This document shows positions 24,466 through 38,374 of a DNA stretch of 64,000 nucleotides, piece by piece (positions within the stretch are counted from its first letter, which is position 1; every line of letters starts with the position of its first letter). Made by a program: the position numbers and the translations under genes. This DNA comes from Chiloscyllium plagiosum (Eukaryota): NCBI RefSeq assembly GCF_004010195.1, contig NC_057755.1, positions 11,187,928 through 11,251,927 of the forward strand. The letters run 5' to 3'. The notes under the pieces were generated by a model. It was not told the origin of the DNA. It was given only the letters and a program-made list of their open reading frames with translations, and made no database searches.

Positions 24466-25089
24466 AATTACTTTAAAGCCGGTGACTCTATTACTGTATA
24501 TTCCCCTACTACTCTCTGAGTAAAGAAGCTACCTCTGTCATCTGTCCTATATCTATGACCCCTCAATTTAAAGCTATGTCCCCTTGGATTAAACATCGCT
24601 ATCTGAGGAAAAAGGCATTCATAGTCCACCCTATCTAGTGCTCTGATTATCTTCTATGTCTCAATTAAGTCACATCTCAACCTTCTTTTCTCCAATGAAG
24701 TCAGCCCCAATTCCCTCAGCTTTTCCTCATTTAGGCCTTCCCTCCATACAAGGCAACATTCGAGTAAATCTCCTCTAAAACCTTTCCAAAGCTTCCACAT
24801 ACTTCCCTAAATGCGGTGACCAGAACTGTACGCAATACTCTGAGTGCAACCACTCCAGAGCTTTGTACAACTGTAGCATGACCTCATGGTTTTAAACTCA
24901 ATCCCTCGACCAATAAACGTGAACACTCTCTACTAATAAAAAACTGAAATAAGAAAGAAGTTAGGGTCTTAGCAAGCTCCTTGATATATTTTGAGGAGGC
25001 TTGTTCTGGTCCATAATAATACAGACTGTGTTGGATGCACTGAATGTTCAATCATCAACTTCCAGACCTTTCCTTCTTTTCTCTTACAG

Positions 25090-26000
25090 TTAATGTATTG
25101 GCGATTGTGATTCTTTCCAAGGGAAAATGCGGCCTCTCCACATGCACCACTAATTACCTGGTGGCCATGGCAGCAGGGGATCTACTGGTCATTATCACTG
25201 AGGTCATCCTGAACCGGCTCAGGAATTATTACTTCCCACGATGCTTCTTGGATATCACCCCTGTGTGCAGTGTGATCAATGTCCTACTGTGTGCAGCCAC
25301 TGACTGCTCTGTCTGGTTCACTGTCATGTTCTCCTTTGACCGGTTTGTGGCTATTTGCTGCCAGACACTCAAAAGAACGTATTGCACGGAGAGAACGTCA
25401 ATTATGGTTCTAACAGTAACTGGTGCTCTGCTATTTTTGAGAAACATCCCCTTCTACTTTGCAATTGACCCTGGGGAGGTCATCAGCAACATGCCATGGT
25501 TCTGTTACCCAAAGCCAGGCTACTACAGTGAACCAGGTTGGAAAGGATTTGATTTATTCGATAAGATCTTGACCCCGTTGCTCCCGTTTGCTTTAATTCT
25601 GTTGCTTAATGCCCTGACAGTACACCATATTTTAGTGGCCAGTCGAGTCCGCAAAGGACTAAGGGGTCAGAGCAAGGGATCGAATCACAGAGACACAGAG
25701 ATGGAGAGCAGAAGGAAGTCGATGATTTTACTCTTCACCATATCTGGCAGCTTCATCCTTCTTTGGTTAGTGTATGTCATCGATTTTCTGTATTATAAGA
25801 TAACAGGAGAAAAACCAATGTATTATAATAATGTCCGAGTAGTTTTCCAACGGGTTGGGTATATGTTACAGACTTTAAGTTGCTGCACAAACACATTTAT
25901 TTATGGGGCAACTCAATCCAAGTTCAGAGAGCAGGTCAGGAACGCTGGGAAATATCCATTTGCTTTAATTACTCATTTCACTCAGAGAGGAAACAATTAA
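25090..26000 (+). CDS. Exon 2 (main 7TM exon) of GPR139/142-like orphan class A GPCR (gene A); spliced product 325 aa
   Basis: Polypyrimidine tract and TTACAG acceptor ending at 25089. Open frame with TM1 N, TM2 LVAMAAGDLL, TM3 CSVWFTVMFSFDRFVAICC, TM5 LLPFALILLLN, TM6 FILLW, TM7 SCCTNTFIY and helix 8 SKFREQ. Family assignment is by recalled similarity, not by search. Confidence 0.9.
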
Positions 26001-27004
26001 CTTCTTCCCGTTGTACCAGGCCTTGAGTGAAACTTTTCACTGAAATTCCCAACAGACATAGCAGTCCACCAGGAGGCAAGAGCTGACGGCTGGAGGATTG
26101 GCACTAATGGTGATGGGGCAGAGACAGAGAGCTGAGGACCAGAGGGGAAACAGCAGCCACAGTCTCCCATTCACCAGTTCCATTCTCGCCGCCTCATCTC
26201 TGCTCGTGGGGTTTACTTGAAAATACTTTGGCGAATTCCTCTCCCTTCGAGGAATCAGAGTAAATTCGAAGATCAGGAGTAGGCCATTCAGCCTCACAGT
26301 CCTGTTCTGCCATTCAACATGCTGATGGCTGATCATTGAGGTCAAGTCCATAAACCCCTCCTCTCCCATATCGCGATCTCCTTAGCCACAAAAGCTATAT
26401 CTAACTGCATTATAGACATAACAAATGTTGGGCCTTAACCACTTTCTCTGGGAATGAACTCCACCAGACAACTACTCTCTGGGTGAAGATGTGTCTCCTT
26501 ATCTCAGTCCTAAAGGATTTCCTCCTTATCCTTAAGCTATGACCCCTGGTTCTGGATTCCCCCACCATTGGTAACATCTTCCCTGCATCGAAGCCATTTT
26601 GCTCTGCCTGAATTTTGTGTTGTGTGATTATCTCCTTACTCTTCTAAACTCCAGTGAATACACTCCTAACTGACTCGACCTCACCTCTTGCTATATCAGG
26701 GATTAGTTTGGTAATCCTTTCCTGCACACCTTAGATGGCAGGAACATCCTCAGATAACGAGATCAAAACAGCACACAATATTCCTCTGGGCTGATGCTTC
26801 AACTGCCCTCACTCACTGTGTCTCAGACATACTTTAACACGTCTGGTGTGTGTTCCTCTCTGGACAAGGCCCATGTGGTTCTTATTTGGGTAAACCTCAT
26901 CCCAGGCAATGGTTTGTGGCCTGGCACAGCAACGAGGACACTATGATGAAACATTTGCTTGGTTAGAGCTGCTTAATTTTACATCCTGCTCCTCCAAACG
27001 TGGT

Positions 27005-27395
27005 CTCTCAATCTCTGACTCGCTCTGTCCCTCTCTTTCTCACTCGCTCTCTTTCTGTATATCTTTCTCCTTCTTTTTATTTTTATTCTATCTTTGTCCC
27101 TCTTTCTCTCTCTCTCTGGCTCTCTATCCCTCTTTCTCTGTCCCACACTGTCACTTTCTTTCTCCCTCTCCCTTCATCTCTGTCTCTCTTATGTCTGCCT
27201 CTGTCTCTCTCTCTCTCTGTCTGTACGTCATGATGTCTCACTCTCTCTGTCCCTTTCTGTTTCTCTCTTTCTGTCTTTCCATTACTCTCTGACTTTCTTT
27301 CTCTCTCTTTCCCTGTCTCTCTTTCTCTCTGTCTCTATCTCTCTCTCTGGCGTTGTGAGTGTCTCTCTCTCTCTATCTATCTGTGTGTGTGTGTG
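27005..27395 (+). repeat. CT-rich low-complexity tract followed by (GT)n
   Basis: Direct inspection. Confidence 0.9.
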
Positions 27396-28944
27396 GTCTG
27401 GCCAACCTTTGAATGTGTTGCGATTTTCTCAAACTGTGTCCCTGTTCCCTTCTCTCTGTTTCATGGTTTGGAGTTCAATATTGTTTCACAATGCTCCTGC
27501 AAATTGCTTTCAGTTGATTCGATGTGGAAAATAAAAATTAAAACTGTTGTTGCTAATTCTGCCGCAGTTTCCATCATACTGTCTTTGTGTCTTTCTGAGT
27601 GTTTCTTTCTTAACTGAGTTCAAAATCTGATATCTCTTCCTAACAATGAACAAAACTTCAACATTAAATGCTATGGGCAAATTCTGACAGCTAAATCTAA
27701 CCCAAATGTCACCAATCCTACTGAACCTTACTCCTCCCACTATTACATTATTAACCTTCACCCTATAGTGAGAAAAATAGGCTTTTAGACAAATTCCAAA
27801 CCTGAATATGTTCCTAATCCTAATCTAAACTCTAAATCTATTTACTTATTAACTTGATAAAAGTTGGACCAGTGCCCTAACATTAAGCCTAAATGTAAAA
27901 CTGAACCCAGCACGAACCCTGATGCTAAATTTCTAAATTCAAACAGCAAAAAATGCTAATTCTAGTCCTAAACTCAGCCTTAAATAACCCAAAGGCCGAC
28001 TATAATCTTAACTTTAAAATTAAAGTGAATTGGAAATCTCAGCATGACAAAATTCTGTGTCCCTCATCGTAACACAACTCACACCATGGCAAAAACGTGA
28101 ACAATACTTCAAACTCTTACCCTAGCATTGAATCTAACCCAAACTTCAAAGTTAATCTCCAATTGATTGAAAGTCCCAGTGGCATTCTAGCTTGCATTGA
28201 AATGAATGTGGGGCATGAGCTGACCCGGAAGCTGACCATCCAGCTGCTGTGAAGTGACCGCCTCACTTGTCACATGATGCTGACCAGGTGGACCTGTGTG
28301 ACCCCAAGGTCATCTCGATGTCAACTACAACTATAGGGAACGGGCAGGTAAATGGGTGTGAAGGAAGGACATTATTTACAGAGATGGACTGGAGAAGGTA
28401 CTTTTAATTCTCTGGGTGGAGTGAGTTTCGAGAGGAAATTTGATGTAGATGTTGAAATTGATAAGAGGTATGAGACTGGGGGAGTGGAGATACTTGCTCC
28501 CATTGGTGGAGTGATCAAACACCAGAGGACCCAGCTTGAAGGTAGTTGAAGAGGGAATCAACAACGAAATGATGACAATCTAATTTTCCGCTTTGAATGG
28601 TTAGTGTCTGAAATACAACACCTGTCAATGAGCTGCACCGAGATTCATTCATGTAGTTTGAAATGAAATAATCGAGCGTTTGAAACGATAATATCTGAAC
28701 TGAAACTTTGAAACAATGAGATGTGGCTGGATTGTTAATCCCAGGTAATGTTCCTAGATTCCGGGTTCAAATCCTGCCATAATGGTATTGGAATTCAATT
28801 TTTAAAATCTGGAATAAAGACTCTGACGATGACCATGAATCCATTGTCAATTCTCGGAAAACCCATCTTTGAATGCAGAGCCACAGCATGTGAATGCCAA
28901 TTAACTGCCCTCTGGATAATTAGGGTTGGACAATATATGCTGAC

Positions 28945-29480
28945 CTGGCAATTTTGGGTCCACTGTCTCAGGGAGGATGTGTTGGCTCTGGAGCGTGTTC
29001 AGAGGAGGTTAACCGGAATGGTCCCAGGAATGAAAAGCTTAACAAATGAGGAATGTTTTATGGCTCTGGGTTTATCCTCGATAGAGGTTAGAAGGATGAG
29101 ATTGGATCTGATTGAAACATACAGACTACTGAATAGTCTGGACAGAGTGGACGTTGGAAGATGTATCCACTAATAGGAGAGTTTTGGACCCGAGGGTAGA
29201 GCTTTAGAGTAAAGGGAAGATCTTTTAGAACGGAGATGAGGAGAAAGTTTTTCAATCAGAGAGTGATAAATCGGTAGAATTCATTGCCAGAGAGGGGTGT
29301 GGAGGCCAGTTCATTGAATATATTTAAAACGGAAATAGATAGGTTCCTGACTGTCACGGGGATGTAAGGATGCAAGGGAAGAAGCAGGAGAATGGGGTTG
29401 AGAAAAATATCAGCCATGATTGAATGGTGGAGCAGACTCGAGGGGCTGAATTGCCTAATTACTTCTCTTATTGTCTTCTG
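28945..29480 (+). mobile_element. CR1-clade LINE 3' fragment
   Basis: QFWVHCLREDVLALERVQRRLTGMVPG and DLIETY. Confidence 0.8.
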
Positions 29481-30200
29481 GTCTAAAGGCTGTAGTTGAA
29501 AAATCACCAGAGCTAACTGTCACCTGCCAAGAGATAACAGGTCTCAGTTTTTAGAGAAAGCACCATCCCTTTACCGCAGTATCTCAGCACTCCATCTAAA
29601 TTCCTGGCAGAAAGATCGACAGAGAAAACACTCCTGATTCAAAGATCAGTGCAGAAGAGACAGAACGTTCTGGAAGACACATAAACTAGCTATAATTTTG
29701 AGAGACTAAATTGTATTGATTTGAGATATAAGTGGGACTTGTATTTATTGGAACAGCATACCATTAGAATCGTGCATTCTTTCGGATAGTTAATACTTCG
29801 AGGGGAATTATTCAGTCTGGGTAAATAAATTGTTTCTTGTGGATTGTAACTCAGATTTTTTTTCGTTAAACATGAGAAGATTCTGAAAAAGATGGATTAC
29901 AACCCTCCACACACTCTTCTTAAGCTATAATAGCGTGAGGCACTCCCCTTTGGATGATTAGGTTTGAATTCTCGGGGGCTGGAGTATCAAGCTCCTCTTT
30001 GTAATACTTCCCCAACAGCACAGCAGCTCCAGGATTACGTCTTAAGCTGAGGAATTCAATAAAGCAGCGATCTGAATCCCGCCTGCCACCTCAGAGAGAA
30101 AACCAAGTGAAAACAGAATAAATTAACTAACTTTTAACCAGATCTTTCATCAACCCGCACACCTGATAAACTGGCAAAAATCTATGCCTTAATCTCTTGT

Positions 30201-30505
30201 GGGTGGCACAGTGGTTAGCACTGCTGCCTCACAGCACCAGAGACCTGGGTTCAATTCCCGCCTCAGGCGATTGTCTGTGTGGAGTTTGCACATTCTCCCC
30301 GTGTCTGTGTGGGTTTCCTCCGGGTGCTCTGGTTTCCTCCCACAGTTCAACAATATGCAGAATTGGCCACGCTAAATTGCCCGTAGTGTTAGGTGATGGT
30401 GTAAATGTAGAGGAATGAGTCTGGGTGGGTTGCTCTTTGGAGGGTTGGTGTGGACTTGTGGGGCCGAAGAACCTGTTTCCACACTGTAAGTAATCTAATC
30501 TAATC
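30201..30505 (+). mobile_element. tRNA-derived V-SINE (HE1-like), near full length
   Basis: GGCACAGTGG and GGTTCAATTCC pol III box-like motifs, V-domain and (TAATC)n tail. Family name is from recall. Confidence 0.88.
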
Positions 30506-32839
30506 ATGATTTACTGTGATGTTGGAGCATTGATGGTGGAACTAAAGTATAACAGCGATGTGCTTACCCCTGTGTTATAGTTCTATTCTATACTGTGTGT
30601 TTTTTAGGAAGTGTGTTGGTGATTTCCTAATATTGAGGGATTTCTCGATTATCCAGAATATGTGATCATCCCGTACATCTTGTCCATTATGCCAGTTAAT
30701 AAAAGGTTGTTGAACTTGGAAATGAACATAGAGGTCGAACTGGAGCACAGTTTCTGAGGTGTGTAAATAAAGTCGCAGCAGCATGTGACATTCACAGGTT
30801 TTACTGGTTTCTCCTTCTCAGTCGGCGAACTGTGCAAATTTGCAAAATGTGCAAATTTGCTGGAGGGGTATCTTTCCCATGGAACATTGTTGTGAGGGAT
30901 GTGCTGCATATCCAGACACAAACAGGGAATGGTGAGATACTGTCACTAATAGCTCAAGGGGATATCATATCGAGACATGGCGTTACAATTACAATTGCAC
31001 AGCATGGCATGGTATTGTTGAGGACTGCTCCTTCAGTGTACAAGGTGAGGAAGATGTAAGGAACGATGTTGATGCAAGTGAGCAAATGATAGGCTCGGAG
31101 TGTTATTGCTAATTCAGAGACCCAGTTGATGCTCTGGAGACCCGGGATCAAATCCTGCCAATGGCAAATGGTCAAATCAGACAGTAATAAATACATGGAA
31201 TCAATTCATAAGATGCAGGAGTGGAATTAGGCCATTCAGCCCATTGAGTCTGCTTTGCCATTTGATAAAGGCTGAAATGCTCCTCACCCCTGTTTAACGG
31301 CCTTCTCTTCATAACCCTTCAATTAAAAATCTGTCTCACTCCTCCTTAAATACACTCACTGTCCCAGCATCCATCACAAAGTCCACCCTTTTGGAAATGC
31401 AATTTCACCTCAAGTCAATTTTAAATTTGCCAACCCCTCTCCTGAGCCTGTGACCTCTCATCTTAAAATGCCCACAGGAGGAAGCATCTGCTCCATATCT
31501 ATTTTGTCCACATCTTATATCATCTTGAAAACCTCAACTTGATAGCCCCTCATTCTTGAATCTGACCATAGCTCCCTTGCTGTTAGTGGGGACAAAAAGG
31601 ACATCTCATTCACCAATGTGCTTCAGGGAAGGAAATCTGTTGTCCTTAGCTGGTCATGTCTACATATGATGCCAACAAGCAGGCAGAGCTAACTTAATTT
31701 GGAGGTAGGCAAGTCAAGGATCTTTATTACTCAAGGTGTTTTCTATCGTTACATAATCATCAAAACATATCAATTATCTTATTTTAATTTGCCATTCGAT
31801 AATCACTGTGGCTCAATGGGATCAATACATTTCACATTTTCATCAGCTTCTAGTCTTTTCTCAGCCCTGTTCTCTGGTATCTGGTAACTTTTCATGATGG
31901 GTAAATCTCCTAAAACAAGATGCAAATGTTTTCTTCAATAAAACAAAGAACTACAGATGCTGGAGATCTGAGACAAAAACAGAAATTGCTGGAGATTCTC
32001 AACAGGTCGAGCAGCATCTGTGGAGAGACATCAGAATTAACATCGTGAGTCCAACTGACTTTTATTGAGTACAGGTTCTGAGTTTCTCCAGCAACTTCTC
32101 TGTTTGTATTTCGCCCTGCACTTGTGTCACTTTCGAATTGATGGCCCTGCCCCATTCTCACTCTCCAGACCCGAATTAATCTTTCAGTTGTCCTTCAGTC
32201 CTGCTCATTCCCCATCGATCTGTCATAATCCTAAATCGATCCTATTTCTCTTGTCTCTCCCTGTAGAACCTATTTAATCACAGAACAGTCAACTACCTAT
32301 AAACAATCAATAAATCTGCATCACTCCAAATAAGAAAGATCCAGCTATCTCATTTTCACTGTGAGGCACTCACTCCAAAAATTGCAGTGTTTTACAACAG
32401 AGACGTCTGTTCAGCCTGCATTCGTACTAATGGCACCCATGATCCTGTAGTGCAATATCTATCCTTAATAATTTCACATCCCTCCCTATCAACAATCCCG
32501 ATTCAGTCCCAATCTAAACCCGCAGTCCAGCTCGCTGTCCAAAATAGAAAGAAAATACTGTGGATTCTGGAGATACGAAACAAACACAGAGAATGCTGGA
32601 GAAACTCAGCAGGTTTGGCAGCATCTGTGGAGAGAGAAACAGATTTAACGTCTCACATCCTGTGTGAGTGTTCCTCGGAACTGAATTGTACCAACGAGTT
32701 TGTACTTATTTGTTCAGAATCGATAGAGAAGCACCTTGTTCCAGAAATGGAAGCCTCTCTCAAGGCGAGCTTTCTGAAGAGACCAGTGCTGAGCAACCAC
32801 TCTGAAAAATATCGGGATGGCAGGAATCAGCAAGGGGAG

Positions 32840-33800
32840 ACAGCGGTGTTGTAGCGATTTCACTGGGCTAATCATAATCCGAGAGCCCAGGACAAAGTTC
32901 TGGGCCTTAGGTTTGCATCCCACTATGACAGATGGTGAAATTCGAATTTAAAAGAATACAGGAATTAAAACCCAATAGTCATAAACACGTCTGATTCTAT
33001 CTTCAATTCGGGAATTCACCCAAAGATTTGAGTGAAGGAGGCAGGACGGGGTGAGAGAGTAGTTACTGACGCGTACAGCTCTATTAATCAGGGCACTGAG
33101 TACAAGAGCAAGGAGGTGGTGTTGAAGTTATATTAGACCCTTGTTCAACCTCAGCTGGAGTATTGGGTACAGTTGTGGGCTCCATACTATAGGGAAGATG
33201 GGAACACATTGGAGAGAGGGCAGAGGAGATTGACAGGAAGGTTTCCAGGGATGAGAAAGGTCAGTGATGAGGATACATTGAAGAGGTTGGGACTGTTCTC
33301 CTCACAGCGAGGAATGCTGAGAGATTTGGTAGGAAGTTTCAAATTCACGACTAGGCTGGACAGAGTAGATAAGGGGAAGCTATTTCTGCTGACAGAGGAC
33401 AATAGAATAATATGGGATCAGTTTAAAATGATGTGCAAATGAGGGAAGGAGAATGGGAGGGAAAAACTGTTTTCAATCAGTGAGGAGTTAGAGTGTGGAA
33501 TGCAGTACCTGGAAATGTGGTGGTGAGTGGGTCTATTGAGGCATTCAAGAAGCCACTGGATGGGCACTTGGACAGGAGTGGTGTACAGGGATATTGGGTA
33601 AAGCAGGAGATTGGCACCAGGGGATAGTAGCGGGGCAGGAATGATGGGCTGAATAGCCTGTTTCTGCTGGCTAATAGTTCTGTGATTCTATTGTGTGATT
33701 CACTTTCAGGGAATGAAATCTGCCGTTCTCACCTGGTCTGAAGGATGTGTGACTCCAGACCCACTAGGCCCTGACCTGCCCTCTGAAATGGCCATGGTGA
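32840..33800 (+). mobile_element. Second tRNA-related SINE family copy split by a CR1 3' fragment (about 33040-33690)
   Basis: SINE head at about 32840-32990 and continuation at about 33700-33800. Related pieces at about 28725-28940, 31090-31200 with 31600-31690, and 41200-41330. CR1 motif EYWVQLWAPYYR lies between the halves. Confidence 0.6.
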
Positions 33801-34384
33801 GGCAGTCAGGTCAAGGGCCATTACATATTGGCCATACAGAGACCACCACATCCCATGGTCAGGTTAACACCAATGCTCATTGCCTCCCCCAACTACCGAG
33901 CAGGAACCAGTTTCATGGGGTTCCCCATGACCTAGCAGGAATCGAGGGAAGGGGCTAGCCTTTGGTTTCAGAGCAGAAGAGGGTTCCTCCGTTGTCATGG
34001 GCTGACTGTGTGCTGTTCAAGCCTTTTGCATGTTTGGCCAAGACAGTGACAGTGTGTCAGAGACAGAAGGAAACCTGGAGGAAATGCCACAAACAATTCC
34101 CTACTTTTCCACAACCCGGGCTGCATAGAATGGTTCGACGTTGGGAGGACAATTGAGGAGAGGTCCAGCTGGAGATTTCCCGCTTGACAGTTTCCCGATG
34201 AGGTAATGCCAGAGGGTTGTCAAACAGAATGGGCACTGGCCTAGATATCGGGTGGAGGCAGTGAGAACACAGTGCCCGCTAAGACTCTGCCTGCACCTTC
34301 TGAAGGTGCTAGAGCTGAAAAGCTGGGCAGTTTGTCTCGGGAGGTCAGTATTGGTCCCTGTCCATCAGTATCCACAGATCAGGG

Positions 34385-35385
34385 AGTTTTACCGCAGCAT
34401 CAGGATGAGAGATAACAAACTGGTCCAAAGTTCAGCAGCGGGAGAGTGCTCTGATTGGAAGGGAGCAAGGAAATAGAACCTCACAAACAAAACTTTGTGG
34501 ATAGTGTGGGCTGCTATAAACTCCAACAATGAGGCAGGAAAGTGGATGATGGATTTTAACTCTGGCAAGTGTGCGGTAATGCATGTAGGGAGGTCAAACA
34601 ATGAAAGAGAGTACACAATAAACGGTAATACAGTGAGAGTGGTAAAGGAAGGGCAAGATCTTGGTGTGCAAGTGCACAGGTCCCTAAAGGCAGCAGTAGG
34701 GGTCGATAAGGTTGTAAAGAAGGCAGAGATATGGAATACAAAAGTAGTTATATAATGATCGAACTGTATAAGACACTGGTGAGACTGTAACTGAAGTATT
34801 GCGCACAGTTTTTGTCACCACATTGCTGTGGGGAGGGTATAGGGGAGATTACCCGGAACGTTACCAAAGCTGGAGAATTGTAACTATTGGGAGAGATTGG
34901 GGTGGTGTTCCTTTGAACAGAGGAGGCTGAAGGGCAACGTGATTGATGTTTGTAAAACTGTGATAGAGGGCTGGAGGAAGCTCAAGGGGGCATTGGTTCA
35001 AGCTGAGTAGCAGAGGATTAGACAGCACATGAGGAAAAGCATTTGTTCCCACAGACTGCGGTTGGCGTCTGGAATTCACTGTGGAATTTGTTGTCAAGGC
35101 AGAGACCGTAAACTCCTTAAAAATAATACCTGGATCCGAGCTCGACAGGTTCCCAATGAGGTAACGCCGGAGGGTCCTCAAATGGAATGAGCACTGCCCG
35201 AGATGTCGGGGTGAAGGCAGTGAGAACACAATTCCTGCTTCGGCACTGTCTGTCCGTGCTGGAGTGGGGTGGTGATGAGACAGGAAGATGGGATTAGAAA
35301 GGGCATCTGAGTGCCTCTGTGTCATTTTGGCAAGATGGGCCGAATCGAACCCATCTGTTCTGTAACACGTTTATGGATCTATGGA
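34385..35385 (+). mobile_element. Decayed CR1-clade LINE RT C-terminal part and tail
   Basis: WMMDFNSGKCAVMHVG and DLGVQVH. Confidence 0.8.
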
Positions 35386-38374
35386 TTACGCTTGGAGTAC
35401 CAGATGTTATAAATTACTGAATACGAGCAGGAAATTCCAAAGCTTTCACTGAGCTTTCACCGTTCTGGGGTGCAAGAAAGCAAGCTTTGAAGGGAAACAC
35501 CAATTTACTCTGAGTGACAATGGTGTTCACTTTGTGAATTTCACTCGGGTGTGTGCAAGAAGCTGTATTTAAAAGGGACGTTGCTTTAATCCTACTTTTT
35601 AGAAAGAGAGAGAGAGAGTTACAACTAATGGTGGCTTAACCTGAGGGGCACCATGTTTCAAGTGAGGGGTCAGGAGGAGTAGAAGACTCCTTCATGGTGA
35701 CCTCTGTCAGTGCAGGGATTGAACCTACACTGGTGGTATTGCAAACCAGACATCCAGCCAACTGAGCTAACCAACCCCTCCAGAATTACAGACAAGACCC
35801 CGGGCTGTGTTGATAGTGGGGTCTGCGCATGCTTTGCACATTTTTCACTGAAAAATGGTCAAGGTGCCTCTGAATTCTGCCTCAATCCCCATGGGAACTC
35901 ATTGACCAATCAGCGCAGCCTTCCCTGGACTGGTTTTAATGAGCTAGTTCTGTCTGACAGTTGGTAAATCCAACTGGATCTCCATTCCAACAAAACAAAT
36001 CCACGTCATCTCCCTGTGCTGCATGTACACGCTCCATATGGTATGGGCAGAGGTTCCAAACGATTGACAAGATCCCAGATACTGGAGGACAAGTGAACTC
36101 TCCAGGATTTTCCCAACAGTAAGTGTTAAGGAGAAATGAGGGCACAGCTCTGGGAAAACGTGAGAATGTTTTGACAGAGTTTTAAATGGTGATAACTCAG
36201 AAAGCGTCTTTGGAGATCTTAATGGGTTCTAAGTCATTAGGAACATTTTAGAAATCACAAAGACGATTAAAACCACTGATTTTAAAAAAATCTACAGTAG
36301 AGAAAACGAGTTTTGAATAATATATGATTAAAGTGTTATATGCATTTATAACACTTTAATTAAAGTGTCATAAATGCATATAAATTATGCTGCAATGCAA
36401 TGATGTGTGATAAATGATTATATGTTGTAACAAAGCACAGGTTAAGTGCTGGCAAATAGGACAAAATTAGTTTAGGATATCGGGTTGGCATGGACGCGTT
36501 GGACCGATGGGTCTGTTTCTGTGTTGTACATCTCTATGACTCTGTGTGGTTGACTCTAATCTGTCCTCTGGGCATTTGTGGATGAGCAATAAATGCTGGC
36601 CTAGCCAGCGATTCCCTCATCCTGTGACAGAATTAAAAAAAAACAAATATATTATGATAAATAATGACTGGGATTGTCAACAATGTCACAGGAATTTTCC
36701 AAGAGTGGTAAGATTGTAATGTGCAGTAAATTGTTCCAGACGAATTTGAATTTTTATAAAGGGTTGTGTGTTGTCGTGAAGTATTAATGGTTATGAAGGA
36801 TTGTATTGAACTAAAATATTTCAAATTAATATAAAGGATTACATAAAATGATACATTCTCTGAATAATTGCGAGATTATTAATCAAGCGCACAACTTGAC
36901 AAAGGAATGGGTCTCGGTGGGATAATATTTGCAGAGTCGGTGTGGATTTGGGCCGAGGGGCCTGTTTCCACATTGTAGGGCTTCCATAAAAGAATCAACC
37001 AAGCTCCGTAAGACGACAAGAAATAGGAATAGGAGTAGGCTGATTGTCCCTCCAGCCTGCTCCTCCCTTCATTTGGACTATGGGTAATGTGTAAACCCCA
37101 CACCTCTCTGTGACAAGGCGTTCAAAGACTCACAATCCCATGAGAGAAGAAATCCCACCCCATCTCACAATTGAGCTAATTCTGGTTCTATTTCGTAACT
37201 TGTAAATGAAGGAAAAGACAGTAAAGGATTGGGAAATCCTAGAAATGATTATGAATTGTTATAAATGGTATAATGCATTTTATATTGTTTATAAACAATT
37301 TTAAAGGGTTCTATTGATAAATTAAATAAGGTTAATGTGGAATGATTAGGCATTATAAAGCTTTAAAGTAGATGATAATTCTTTGTGCAAAGTTATCATG
37401 ATCATCATTGGAACATGAGTGTGGAAAGTATTATAATGGGTTTAAAAATAAAGAATGGTTATGGTCTTTTTGATGTATTTGAAACGTGAGCAAGACACTA
37501 TATAATGCTATGGATTGTTACAAACATTGTAAGGTCTTCAAAGGATCATGAGAGGTTAGAAAAAATGCAAAGTGCTATAAATGTTTGCAACATTTCTGAA
37601 AACCTTGCAGAGGGTCGTGAATACATTAAAGAAAAACTTGGACAATATTGCGAAGAGCATAACAAATCCCTAATGGATTGGAAATTATCAGAAACACAGT
37701 CTGCCACAAAGTTTGGCTGTGTCAATTCCTTGTGAAAACATACAGAGGATCACTGGAACAGTTATGCTGGAGGAAAGACTCCTCAGGAATGCAGATGTGA
37801 TGCATGCTGTATGACACACACCTGCACAGGTACACGACACAGTTTTGCCTGAGGAGAACGAGGCACATTTTGGATACTTTACTGAATACACTGGGGGGAT
37901 CTGATAGTTTGTGGTGAAAACAGCGTTTAGTGTCTGTCCCTTTCTTTCCACTAGATGGTAGCGGTGAGCCATTTCTTCAACAATTACAATGGAAATAGTC
38001 TGACTGAAATTCTCTTGACACATTCCTGTGCACTGTCCTGAATAAATCCAGTCTTTCCTCCCTTTCTAATTCTGCAATAGTAAACATTGCGCAGGACTGA
38101 TCAACAAGTGACAGTGGGGAGCTTCAGGGAGTTGGAGATTCATCTTCTCCACGTACTTGTGATGATAGATGTTGCAAAGATAAGACGAGTAAGAGCAGAG
38201 AACCAAAGATCAAGAAGTGGCTACTCTAGAGGGACATTTGTAGGTTTGGGATCACAATCATTCCACAGGCTGCAATCTTTTTTTTCCCACTTATTGTTCC
38301 CTGTGATGTGGTTGTAGCTGGCTTTGCGATATTTATTGCCAATCTTTATGCGTCTTTGGGAGGGCGGCGCTCAG

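Noticed and set aside
25044..25089. ATG 25044 as the start of gene A
   Set aside because: This segment is the intron polypyrimidine tract and acceptor and lacks the first half of TM1. A better exon 1 exists at 18941.
26909..27534. Hydrophobic Ser/Leu-rich ORFs (also 61924-62649)
   Set aside because: Translations of CT-rich low-complexity DNA, not membrane proteins.
30201..30275. tRNA gene
   Set aside because: The tRNA-like head continues into a V-SINE body and tail, so it is a SINE.
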